From assembly GCA_037481775.1 (NCBI GenBank), contig JBBFKZ010000004.1, forward strand, positions 1-64,000: DNA of 64,000 nucleotides, read 5' to 3'. How positions within the stretch are numbered: the first letter of the stretch is position 1; every line of letters begins with the position of its first letter. The stretch comes from Candidatus Bathyarchaeia archaeon. Its GTDB lineage: Archaea > Thermoproteota > Bathyarchaeia > Bathyarchaeales > Bathycorpusculaceae. Under the pieces are notes generated by a model, which saw nothing but the letters and a program-made list of their open reading frames with translations, ran no database searches and was not told where the DNA came from. Below are positions 9,298 through 18,161 of the stretch, in pieces. The translations under genes were made by a program, and so were the position numbers.

Positions 9298-9945
9298 ACG
9301 AGGCATAAACCTTCAATCGGCGAATATCTTGCCTTTCTCTCAATAAAATACGAAGTTAACCCAGAAGATTTTTTATCTGCGCTCCGCGCAGCACAGAAGC
9401 GTAAGTCTAACTGTGGCGGCTTGTCAATTCAATGTCGCAGCAAAACGAAAACATCGCTGATTTTTCTGGTCAAGAAAGATTCTGAAGTTGTTGCGCAGTT
9501 CCGCATGGACAGAGAATTCCTCTTAAACGGAAACAATAAACTTGGAAACTTCATGGAAACCGATAGGATCCGCAAGTACCTGGCAAAAAAGGCTAGAACC
9601 GCTGGCGCCAGCTCCATCAAGGATTTGCGTGCTGGAATGAGCAATGTCCACCTTAAGGCCAAGATCTTGGAAGTTGCAGAGCCAAAACGTGTTGTTACCC
9701 GATATGGAAATAACGCTACTGTTGCCAAGGTGCTAATAGGCGATGAAACTGGAACTATCAAACTGTGCCTCTGGAATGGACAGATAACCGATGTTTCTGT
9801 AGGCGACATCGTTCAAATTGAAAATGCGCAAGCGTCCATGTTTAGGGGCGAACGATTTTTGAGCCTTGGAAGAAAAGGAACCCTGAACAGCGAAGTACTC
9901 AAGCATCAACTGAAACCGATAGAGTTACCCAACGCTGCGACTTAA
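9298..9945 (+). CDS. OB-fold (SSB/RPA-like) nucleic-acid-binding protein with N-terminal extension
   Basis: C-terminal OB fold (IKDL..GM.NV.L.AKI, GDETGTIKLCLW); frame open from 9292; likely start ACG 9298 after AGGTG (ORF track starts at 9421). Confidence 0.75.
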   Translation, partial: TRHKPSIGEYLAFLSIKYEVNPEDFLSALRAAQKRKSNCGGLSIQCRSKTKTSLIFLVKKDSEVVAQFRMDREFLLNGNNKLGNFMETDRIRKYLAKKARTAGASSIKDLRAGMSNVHLKAKILEVAEPKRVVTRYGNNATVAKVLIGDETGTIKLCLWNGQITDVSVGDIVQIENAQASMFRGERFLSLGRKGTLNSEVLKHQLKPIELPNAAT

Positions 9946-10104
9946 TCAACGCGCATTTTTCTGGCTGTTCGCTCTTTGATTGTTCGTCGTTAACAGAGTC
10001 TAGCATGAACCAAGCAACATCAATAAAATTCAGGATGTAAAAATTATCTGCGGCAACAAAAAATTATGGAAAAGCTGTTTTTGGGTTAGTTTCGCTAGAA
10101 TGAT

Positions 10105-10248
10105 TTAAAATCTTCTAGGCGGTCTTCTTTTCGAGTAGCATTCTCGGCAGTATACTGGTCTGTTACCGTCGGGTTTGAATGGAACTTCGCATTCCTGCCC
10201 ACAATCAGCGCAGACTGCCTTGTGCATACCTCTGTTACCATATGACAT
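10105..10248 (-). CDS. CxxC-x17-CxxC zinc-ribbon protein (47 aa)
   Basis: Not in ORF track; MSYGNRGMHKAVCADCGQECEVPFKPDGNRPVYCRECYSKRRPPRRF; GGAG upstream. Confidence 0.9.
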   Translation of the reverse strand: MSYGNRGMHKAVCADCGQECEVPFKPDGNRPVYCRECYSKRRPPRRF

Positions 10249-10502
10249 TCGCTATTTCAACTCCTGATACATTTTGCTGTGCAAAAAATCGCTCTTTTAC
10301 ACGCTTTATTTAATGAATACGCAGTTGCTTATAAATGCATGCGTAAAATTTTGAAAAATACCTTGAAAAAAGCAGCAGTGCACGCCAAACTTGAAGGGTT
10401 ACGATAATAGGTGCGCGTCAACTTGCACTTTGCACCGCAGCTTATGACAAGCAGCAAGAATATGTTTTATATGATCAAAGCTTTCACTGTAAGTTGACCG
10501 AT

Positions 10503-10703
10503 ATGAGTTCAGATAATGATTTCAAACTTATCGCATGGGGATTTCTGGTTTCTCTTATTGTCGTCTTAATCATGATTGCTTTAGTTTTGCTTGTAGGCGC
10601 TGATCTCACAGCGTTGACTCTTCTGCTTATTGTGGCTGTGTTGATAATTCTGGTAGCATTAGTTTTAGAGCGGACCTTTAAGAAGGCAACCGACAATCTA
10701 TAA
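10503..10703 (+). CDS. Small two-TM membrane protein
   Basis: Two hydrophobic segments, charged termini. Confidence 0.6.
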   Translation: MSSDNDFKLIAWGFLVSLIVVLIMIALVLLVGADLTALTLLLIVAVLIILVALVLERTFKKATDNL

Positions 10704-10778
10704 CGTTTTTCAGCATGCACGGCTGAAGAGGCTGCAAAGGTTTATCTCTAATGAGCACACAGTTAGACTAGATCTCCG

Positions 10779-11546
10779 ATGGATATTCTTGAAGTTAAGG
10801 ACTTAACCGTTAGCATTCAAGGCAAGCCTATTCTAAAAAACTTGAACTTCAGCCTTAAAGAGGGCGCGAGCCACATACTTTTCGGCCCGAACGGCTCTGG
10901 GAAGTCAACGCTGATCGGCGCTTTACTTGGGCTGCCGTCATACGAGATAACTTCCGGGAAAATCGTCTATATGGGCCAGGACATCACAGGCAAAACTGCC
11001 GATGAGCGAGCCAAACTTGGCATCGTCGCAAGTTTTCAAAATCCTCCCGAGATCGCCGGCGTAAAATTAGGCGACCTGCTCAAGCTGTGCTTGGGAAAAA
11101 CTCCTGACGACGACTTCAGCCCTGACGAGCAGAAGCTTATCGAGGCGTTTAGGTTGACCAGCTTTTTGGACCGCGACATAAACGTGGGCTTTTCCGGCGG
11201 CGAAAGGAAGCGTTCCGAAATTCTCCAATTAATATTTCTAAGAGGTAAACTCCTGCTGCTTGATGAGCCGGACTCTGGTGTTGATGTTGAAAGCCTGAAG
11301 CTTATTGCAAGCGAGCTTCAGCGCTACATAGAACAGACAGGCAGCACCGCGCTGCTGATAACTCATAAGGGCGACATAATGGATTATATAAAGGCAAAAT
11401 ACGGCTGCATACTGCTAAACGGGGCCTTTCACTGCTTCACCGACCCCGTCAGCATGTATCGGGATATAAAGAATTATGGCTACGAGGAATGTGTGGCTTG
11501 CAGAAGAAGAAACACGGGAGGCTGGAATTTTGAGCAAAGAAAGTGA
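10779..11546 (+). CDS. sufC: Fe-S assembly ATPase SufC/SmsC
   Basis: GPNGSGKS, FSGGERKR, LDEPDSG, C-terminal CVAC. Confidence 0.9.
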   Translation: MDILEVKDLTVSIQGKPILKNLNFSLKEGASHILFGPNGSGKSTLIGALLGLPSYEITSGKIVYMGQDITGKTADERAKLGIVASFQNPPEIAGVKLGDLLKLCLGKTPDDDFSPDEQKLIEAFRLTSFLDRDINVGFSGGERKRSEILQLIFLRGKLLLLDEPDSGVDVESLKLIASELQRYIEQTGSTALLITHKGDIMDYIKAKYGCILLNGAFHCFTDPVSMYRDIKNYGYEECVACRRRNTGGWNFEQRK

Positions 11547-12654
11547 ACTGACCAAACTGCCACATGAAATCCTCAAGGAAGCGCAGCAAGCGGGCATTGA
11601 AGCGGAGGAGAAGATGCGTTCAGCCACTTTTTTCCACTTGAATCAGCAGACTGTGCAAGCGAAGATAAACGAGTACTTCGAAGGGAAAATTGAGTTGCTG
11701 GACACGAAGACTGCACTTAAGCGGTATCCCGATCTTGAACAGTACATGTGGCGGCTCGTTGACAGAGACAAGGACGAGTATACCCGCAAGGTTGCAGTGG
11801 ACTTCAGCGGCGGCTACTTCATTCGCATACTGCCCAACGCGGAAATCACGTTTCCCTTGCAATCGTGCTTGATGATTACGGAGAAAAATCTCGAGCAGCG
11901 AGTGCACAATCTGATAATAGCTGAAGAAAACTCGAACGCGCACATAATCACCAGCTGCCTTCAGCACTCGGATGTGGAGAGGGCTGCGCATTTGGGCATT
12001 TCAGAAATATACGTGAAAAAAGGCGCGTCGCTGAACTTCACGATGATACATCAATGGAGCGAAAACACTTTCGTGAGGCCGAGAACTGGCGTTGAAATCG
12101 CTGAGCACGCGACGTTCGTTTCAAACTACGTGTGTATGCGGCCCGTCCGGGATATGCAGATGTATCCTGTGGCCTACTGCAACGGCGCCGAATCCCGAGT
12201 AAGCTTCAACAGCATCCTTTATGGACAGCGGAACTCGCAGCTGGACATCGGCTCCAAGGCGGTGCTTAACGGCAAAGGCAGCAAAGCCGAAATGATCAGC
12301 CGCGCCATCGCCCGTGAAGGCGCAAAAATGATAATCCGCGGCTTAATCGAAGGCAACAGCACCGACTGCAAAGGCCACTTGGAATGCAGAGGCCTAATAA
12401 TGGATGACGCTTCGTTTCTGCAGTCGATTCCAGAGCTTATCGCGCGTAAAAGAGGCGTTGAAATCACGCATGAAGCGGCAGTTGGCAAAATCTCCGAAAA
12501 AGAAGTTGCCTACCTAATGACGAGGCGGCTGACCCGCGATCAGGCTACTTCGCTGATAATCCGCGGCTTCATGGATGTAAGCATACTTGGCTTGCCGCCG
12601 GCGCTGAGCAAGGAAATAAAGCGGATAATAGACATCTCAACCGAAGCTGCATAA
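11530..12654 (+). CDS. sufB: Fe-S assembly scaffold SufB/SmsB
   Basis: FPLQSC, GHLECRGL, THEAAVGKI, IIRGF; TTG start after GGAGG. Confidence 0.9.
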   Translation: MSKESELTKLPHEILKEAQQAGIEAEEKMRSATFFHLNQQTVQAKINEYFEGKIELLDTKTALKRYPDLEQYMWRLVDRDKDEYTRKVAVDFSGGYFIRILPNAEITFPLQSCLMITEKNLEQRVHNLIIAEENSNAHIITSCLQHSDVERAAHLGISEIYVKKGASLNFTMIHQWSENTFVRPRTGVEIAEHATFVSNYVCMRPVRDMQMYPVAYCNGAESRVSFNSILYGQRNSQLDIGSKAVLNGKGSKAEMISRAIAREGAKMIIRGLIEGNSTDCKGHLECRGLIMDDASFLQSIPELIARKRGVEITHEAAVGKISEKEVAYLMTRRLTRDQATSLIIRGFMDVSILGLPPALSKEIKRIIDISTEAA

Positions 12655-12805
12655 CTACGAAGTTTTTTGAATTTCAACTTTTAAGTGCGTTAAATGCTGC
12701 ATTATTTGATGGATACAAAAAGTTATGCATAAAATGACTCTGTAACCCGCCTTTTTTCGAAATATATATCAGTTATGCCAAATTTAATTTGGGGAGGGAG
12801 CAAAG

Positions 12806-13173
12806 ATTAAATTTAATCTTGCCTCCTTAATTGTTTCATTAGTTTTTGTTTCAGTATTGTTCATAGAAATTCATGTTGCTAATGGCGCTAATGCTTCTAA
12901 AGTGTATTATCCAGGATATTTAGATAGCGTCAACGATTTTCTATACACTTACGGATGCAAAAATGGATATGACTACGGCTCCTTCGCAGCCAGCGTCTTC
13001 AAATACCTACTACAAGAAAATAAGCCGGTTAAAGACGCTCTCAATCTTGCATCTATAGAAGTATTCACTGGTGCACCAGTTTTGCCAACAGTCCTCCACG
13101 AACTGGTATCTGGCTTTATGATGGTTGGAGCTACTTACGGGTTTATGGAAACGGGGATGTAATACTGCCTTAA
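12806..13173 (+). pseudogene. Decayed paralog of the secreted protease-like protein at 41025-41951
   Basis: Signal peptide from ATT 12806; VFKYLLQ..VKDALNLAS; -1 frame change near 13071 gives CTSFANSP...LRVYGNGDVILP*, matching the paralog C-terminus; GHG/Cys core absent. Confidence 0.7.
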
Positions 13174-13183
13174 GAGGTGTTGT

Positions 13184-14323
13184 GTGTTGAAAAAAAGATT
13201 TAGGAAGTTTGTGCTCTTTTTAATAGTTGCCGTTATGTTGATGTTGCCGAAGGCATGTGCATTTTCAATAGGAGTTGATGTTAAGGACAAGACATTATCC
13301 TTTTTGAGGGACGTTCTAGAGCTGGACCTATCAAAGTATATGATAAAATTAAGTGATTATTTTATAGAGTACCCTGACGAAGTTACAAAAAACTTACGCG
13401 AAGATGTCACTTACAGTCTTGAGGGAGCTAACAGCCAGATAAGAGCCTCCTGCTTATTCATCAATAAAAGCATGATCTACTGCAGAATGTACGCGGAGCA
13501 AGGTGCTCCCACATATGTTCACGCCCAAGGCAACATCATTAATCGCGTAAGAAATATCCTAGAACGCTACAGAGACTGGTCTGGAGATAGTAGCCTAAAT
13601 GAGATGCTAGAGATGCTTACCCTGGTTGAGCCTAGAAAAAACGTGACTGTGGTCGTTGGAACTTGGAGGTTTACTTTCAAGACCACACCTGAATTCACAG
13701 ATGTCTCTTGGCTATACATGCTCAACGGTGTTACGTATCCCAACTGCCTAGGCGTCAGTTTCGTTGGTAATAACGTTTATTTCCTCGATGAACGCAAACT
13801 TTACACGATAGGTAGCGCCGACGTAAAGACATCTAAAGATGACGCGATAGCAATAGCTTTGAAATACGTTGAAAACTATTCTTTTGAGATTTTCATGGGA
13901 GATCAACCTTCCATTGTGGTTGACGACTTCGGCGTAGTGAAAGAAAAAATAACTGCCGAGTTGTTATCTTGGCCGCGTGAAGAATACATGCTGTATCCTT
14001 ACTGGAAAGTTGACTTGCCCCTTGATAAATTATATCCGGGAAACATATACGAAATATGTGTGAACATATGGGCAGATACAGGCGAGGTCTTCCGCTGTGT
14101 CCCCCTCGGCTTCGGAGGTTCCCTACCTACACAAGACAGTCAACCGGAGCAGACCACAAACTCGCAAGAAAACACCCTTGAATGGACGTTAACTCCCGTT
14201 GTTGTGTTTCTCATCGTATTCGCCATCGCAACAAGCGCTTTAATAATTCACAAATGGAAAAAGCCCCTTTCTCATCATCTTAAGCAACGGCATAACCCGC
14301 CCAGTCAACCCATGAGCGACTAA
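13184..14323 (+). CDS. Secreted, C-terminally anchored protein with PepSY-like domain (paralog of 39865-41022)
   Basis: Signal peptide; IGSADVKTSKDDAIAIA, LYPYWKVDLPLDKLY, IWADTGEV; Q/T/S linker, TM helix, basic tail. Confidence 0.8.
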   Translation: MLKKRFRKFVLFLIVAVMLMLPKACAFSIGVDVKDKTLSFLRDVLELDLSKYMIKLSDYFIEYPDEVTKNLREDVTYSLEGANSQIRASCLFINKSMIYCRMYAEQGAPTYVHAQGNIINRVRNILERYRDWSGDSSLNEMLEMLTLVEPRKNVTVVVGTWRFTFKTTPEFTDVSWLYMLNGVTYPNCLGVSFVGNNVYFLDERKLYTIGSADVKTSKDDAIAIALKYVENYSFEIFMGDQPSIVVDDFGVVKEKITAELLSWPREEYMLYPYWKVDLPLDKLYPGNIYEICVNIWADTGEVFRCVPLGFGGSLPTQDSQPEQTTNSQENTLEWTLTPVVVFLIVFAIATSALIIHKWKKPLSHHLKQRHNPPSQPMSD

Positions 14324-14534
14324 CAGTTATTAACAAGCATAGCATCAATACGACCAGTTAGTCGCCTGACCGCAAGACCAAACACGAATCAGAAAAAGCC
14401 TTATAGAGTCAGAAAAACTAAAGCGCGAATTGTTAAACAAGTTACGTGGAAAATTGTTTTTCAATAAACTCCGTCACAATATAAAGGGCACACAATTTGT
14501 TGCGATTTAAAGGCGACCGTTTAGGCCCTTCATG

Positions 14535-14613
14535 TGGCGGGCCCGGTGGGATTTGAACCCACGACCTCCGGCTCCGAAGGCCGACACCCTAATCCGTGCT
14601 AGGCTACGGGCCC
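14535..14613 (-). tRNA. tRNA-Arg(UCG)
   Basis: GGGCCCG/CGGGCCC acceptor, anticodon TCG, GGTTCAAATCC, encoded CCA. Confidence 0.95.
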
Positions 14614-14716
14614 GGCATTTTTGGTTCTGCACAGTAGAATGATGCGCAAGGGTTAAAAGATTTACGAAAATTCTTATTAACCAACATGCATTAAAGTTTG
14701 TTCACTGCAAGTGCAG

Positions 14717-14794
14717 GGGCCGATAGCTCAGCTTGGCTGGAGCGTTCGGCTGATAACCGAAAGGTCGCCGGTTCAAATCCGGCTCGGCCCACCA
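14717..14794 (+). tRNA. tRNA-Ile(GAU)
   Basis: GGGCCGA/TCGGCCC acceptor, anticodon GAT, encoded CCA. Confidence 0.97.
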
Positions 14795-14951
14795 CGCTTT
14801 TCGCTTATTGGATGTTTGCAGGCATTTTGGAATTGAATGCTACAGGTGGCTTGAGAAAAGTTAATGGATTTTCGCGTCTTGTGAGTTGTTATTTATAAAG
14901 CCTTATAAGCTGATTGAAACAGACTGTTGTCTTAGGGAGGGGAGATGTGGC

Positions 14952-15332
14952 TTGGTTAAAGATGAAGAAATGCTTGAGGAACTAAAGAAGATTCGTGCTT
15001 TGCTTGAACCTAAACCTGCTCCGCCAGCGCCAAAGGGCTTCTGGAACGAGTTCAAGGCTTTCCTTGAGAGCTATAAGGTTTTAGGGCTTGCGGTGGCTTT
15101 CATCATGGGCTTGTACTTGGGTGCGCTTGTGCAGTCGCTTGTTAAAGATTTGTTGCTGCCTGCTATCGGCTTAGTTCTTCCAGGTCTTGCAGACTTGGCA
15201 ACGTACACAGTTATTGTTGGAGCTCAAACATTCGGCATCGGCAGCTTCTTGGTGGCGTTGATAACTTTCATAATTGTTGCCTTGGTAATCTTCGTGATAG
15301 TTAAGGTAACGAAGAAGTGGGGCATTCAATAG
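14952..15332 (+). CDS. mscL: MscL-family mechanosensitive channel
   Basis: FWNEFKAFL..YKVLGLAVAFIMG, LVKDLLLP, GSFL..LITFIIVA; TTG start. Confidence 0.85.
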   Translation: MVKDEEMLEELKKIRALLEPKPAPPAPKGFWNEFKAFLESYKVLGLAVAFIMGLYLGALVQSLVKDLLLPAIGLVLPGLADLATYTVIVGAQTFGIGSFLVALITFIIVALVIFVIVKVTKKWGIQ

Positions 15333-15552
15333 CCCTGCGCGTTTGCCTTATTGCGCCGCGGTTCGTTGAAGGCATAAGGGTTACTGTTGCCTTCCGGAGT
15401 TCAGCGTCCACTTCCTCTTTTTTGTTTATGTATGCGGCTAAGCCTAAGCTTATTAGATGCTCGATGAAGGTGCTGCGTTTTTCTCTTCCGCGCAGGTTTT
15501 CTACTTCGCGGAATAATTTCGTGTCCATTGTTATGCTTATGTTGTGCTTCAT
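15301..15552 (-). CDS. Small ribbon-helix-helix (CopG-like) protein
   Basis: MKHNISITMDTKLFREVENLRGREKRSTFIEHLI fits the RHH pattern; divergent from 15638. Confidence 0.6.
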   Translation of the reverse strand: MKHNISITMDTKLFREVENLRGREKRSTFIEHLISLGLAAYINKKEEVDAELRKATVTLMPSTNRGAIRQTRRAIECPTSSLP

Positions 15553-15570
15553 GCGTGTAAACCTCATACG

Positions 15571-15589
15571 CTGTATAATTAATATACAG
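15571..15589. promoter_or_regulatory. Palindromic operator candidate between divergent RHH genes
   Basis: CTGTATA-ATTAA-TATACAG. Confidence 0.5.
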
Positions 15590-15637
15590 AAAATCTTTAT
15601 TAGCTTTACTGCACAAAATATGCACAGAGGCAAAAGC

Positions 15638-16057
15638 ATGAAAACCCTCCGAATATCAGACGACGCCCACCAAAAACTCACCGCACTGCTAGGCGAAATC
15701 ACCGCGCAGACCATGAAAATGCAAACCTACACCGACGCCATAGAAAGTCTACTCTCCCAAAGCGTAATATTGCCGCCTGAACTGCTAAATGAAATTCAAA
15801 GCTTCATAGAGTCAAACAAGCAGCTGGGCTATTCCACAAGAGAAGAATTCATCCGAGACGCCGTACGATTCAAACTTGGCTTTTTGAAAGGACAATACGA
15901 ATGCGTGGAAATCCCCAAAGAGGAATACGAGAAACTTCAGCGAGCCATACGCGACATGGGCTTCCTAAGCGTAGACGACTTCATAGACCAACAAATACGA
16001 AAAGCCATAGAGCGGCATACAGAATGGCTCAGACAGACAGAAGAATACAGGAAGTAA
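15638..16057 (+). CDS. Protein with tandem ribbon-helix-helix-like repeats
   Basis: KTLRISDD.., SVILPPELL..GYSTREEFIRDAVR, VEIPKEEY..GFLSVDDFI. Confidence 0.75.
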   Translation: MKTLRISDDAHQKLTALLGEITAQTMKMQTYTDAIESLLSQSVILPPELLNEIQSFIESNKQLGYSTREEFIRDAVRFKLGFLKGQYECVEIPKEEYEKLQRAIRDMGFLSVDDFIDQQIRKAIERHTEWLRQTEEYRK

Positions 16058-16163
16058 CTCCCAACAGCTGACGCCGTAGCCACACCAGTAAACTGCAACA
16101 CGGTTTGCTCTCGCTTAAATATTGATTACGCTAAAATAACATGCACACAACAAGGGCGATATT

Positions 16164-16964
16164 ATGAGCCTACGCGTAAACCCTGAATACGCCAAGTTAA
16201 TGCCCCCAATGTCTGATGAAGAATTCGCCGAGCTTAAAGCGTCCATACAAGCCGAAGGCCAGCATTACCCCATCGTAGTCAACGAGGACTTGGAAATTTT
16301 AGACGGGCATCACCGCTACCGCGCCTGCATAGAACTGGGCATCGAGCCAGATTTTGAAGTGCGCAAATTCGAAGATAAGCTGCTTGAACGAAAGTTCGTC
16401 ATAGAAGCAAATTTGCGCCGCCGCCACCTTACCAAGTTTCAACTCGTGGAGCTAGGCGTGCCCTTGCTGGAAATTGAAAAAGCGCTGGCAAAGAAGCGGC
16501 AGATGTCAAGCAGCACTACGGATCAGCGCGTAGACGCGAATTTTACGCTGGAAGCCACGAAACCCCAGTTTAAGAAGACCGAGGCCGTTGCTAGGGTTGC
16601 CAAAAAAGTCGGCGTATCAACCCGCACTTTTGAGCGAGGCCGAAAAATTCTGGAGAAGGCAAGCGAAGAGGAAAAGCAGAAACTGCGAGAAGGAAAGGCA
16701 AGCATCACCAAGGTTTACCGCGAGCTTATCGCGTCCGAAGAAGCAGAGGCGGAAGCGATGTCTGACGCGACTGAAACGGCAATCAGCGAGGCACGAAGGA
16801 AACAGAATGAAAAAGCATTAGCGGCTTTCCTGAAAAGGCTGCTTGAGAATGAACTTTTCTGCCCCGCATGCGGCAACGCCATGTTTGAGTGCAGCCAGTG
16901 CCACAAAACGCTCAGTGAGCTGGTAAAGCCACGCCGCGAGGACGAAACTTCCTTGCACGGTTAG
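16164..16964 (+). CDS. ParB/Sulfiredoxin N-terminal domain protein with HTH and C-terminal Zn ribbon
   Basis: PIVVNE..ILDGHHRYRA, NLRRRHLT, VAKKVGVSTRT, CPACG..CSQC. Confidence 0.85.
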   Translation: MSLRVNPEYAKLMPPMSDEEFAELKASIQAEGQHYPIVVNEDLEILDGHHRYRACIELGIEPDFEVRKFEDKLLERKFVIEANLRRRHLTKFQLVELGVPLLEIEKALAKKRQMSSSTTDQRVDANFTLEATKPQFKKTEAVARVAKKVGVSTRTFERGRKILEKASEEEKQKLREGKASITKVYRELIASEEAEAEAMSDATETAISEARRKQNEKALAAFLKRLLENELFCPACGNAMFECSQCHKTLSELVKPRREDETSLHG

Positions 16965-17076
16965 GCTTAGTGACGTTTTATAAATTTACCGCGTAGATAG
17001 GCGAAAAACTTTTCAAAAACTAGAACGACAACTTCATAACTCACGGTGTACACAAAATCAAGACGCATTGCAATGT

Positions 17077-17153
17077 GGCCGAGGTGAGGTAGTCTGGCAG
17101 CCTAGAGGCCTGTGGAGCCTTTTGCTTGGGTTCAAATCCCAACCTCGGCCCCA
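17077..17153 (+). tRNA. tRNA-His(GUG) with encoded G-1
   Basis: G+GCCGAGG/CCTCGGC, C discriminator, CCA, anticodon GTG. Confidence 0.92.
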
Positions 17154-17251
17154 CTCTTTTGAGTCCAGAACTCTTCTCTGCAACATATTTTATGTAACTT
17201 TATACCTATAATAACAAATTATGTGCCCTGCCAAAGTTACCAATTTGGAGA

Positions 17252-17779
17252 ATGTGCCAAACATTGATTAAAATTAAAAAAGCAGCTCAAAAAGACATAA
17301 GCGATCTCTCTAAACTACTTTTAGCTCTTTTAGAAAACAAAAACAGCCAAGTATACCAAGATAACGTAGCCAAATTTGAAATTCCAGAAGATTATGTTAA
17401 AAGCGCTTTTGCAGAAGAAACACTGCTGAAAGCTGCCGCCACAGGAAACACAACCTTTTATCTAGCGTTAAACGACGACAAAATCGCGGGTTTTGCTCAA
17501 GTTACCCTGCAGGTCGATTATATAGCAGAGTTAGAGCGTATAATAGTTTTTCCGCAATACGCAAGACAAGGCGTGGGAACGCACTTACTGCACAAAGCCA
17601 TAACCGACCAAAAACAAAAAGGCACAAAAACCCTAATTGCAAACGCTGGAAAAGACGAAGCCCATGCAAGACGATTCTACGAGAAAAACGGCTTTACGCA
17701 AATAAGCGAGACGCTGATAGACGCGCCATGGGGCAAAAAACTGGCCTTAGTCACCTATCAACTTCACATAAACCGATAA
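17252..17779 (+). CDS. GNAT family N-acetyltransferase
   Basis: V.PQYARQGVGTHL, ARRFYEKNGF. Confidence 0.9.
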   Translation: MCQTLIKIKKAAQKDISDLSKLLLALLENKNSQVYQDNVAKFEIPEDYVKSAFAEETLLKAAATGNTTFYLALNDDKIAGFAQVTLQVDYIAELERIIVFPQYARQGVGTHLLHKAITDQKQKGTKTLIANAGKDEAHARRFYEKNGFTQISETLIDAPWGKKLALVTYQLHINR

Positions 17780-17876
17780 ATAATAATGATTGCTCAAGCG
17801 TCAAGTGCAGAAAACGACCTTTCGAGCAAACCAAAAGATAGCAATGCTTAATTCCCTATTTTTCCTTAATATTTTA

Positions 17877-18067
17877 TCCCACTGGATAACTCCATGACGA
17901 CGGACCCAACGGAAGACCGCAAGCCACACAAAGCTTGCTGCTTGTGATGGCGGGTTTACCCAAACATGGGACACAGTGGGCGCGGGCACCAACATCCCAC
18001 GCCGAGAGAGCTTGGCTGAGAGGAGCGCACCGCTCCACTGTGAAGTTAAGTGATAGGTTACGTGGGA
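17877..18067 (+). ncRNA. Putative structured non-coding RNA, unassigned family
   Basis: GC-rich island with terminal stem TCCCAC/GTGGGA and a multi-way junction; strand inferred from G-U pairs. Confidence 0.55.
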
Positions 18068-18161
18068 AACAACCGCCCGCGAAAAAATAAGCAATTTGCA
18101 GACTAAATTTTTAAGTTAACAGTTATATATGAACTCAGAAACGTAATTGAAGCTGAATACC

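Noticed and set aside
10779-12654. Two-gene SufCB as a novelty
   Set aside because: Matches the known archaeal minimal SUF-like (SmsCB) system, including the C-terminal CxxC
14698-14898. 66-aa ORF
   Set aside because: Overlaps tRNA-Ile; spurious
15317-15637. N-terminal part of the 246-aa ORF 15317-16057
   Set aside because: Antisense shadow of the small RHH gene; the real start is likely ATG 15638
14535-17153. Intact integrated element at a tRNA
   Set aside because: No integrase and no duplicated tRNA 3' end seen
17877-18067. Assignment as TPP riboswitch, RNase P, SRP, T-box or 16S fragment; also the 97-aa minus-strand ORF 17801-18094
   Set aside because: Only isolated words match (GGCTGAGA, GGATAACTCC); required partner motifs are missing; the ORF has no recognisable protein features
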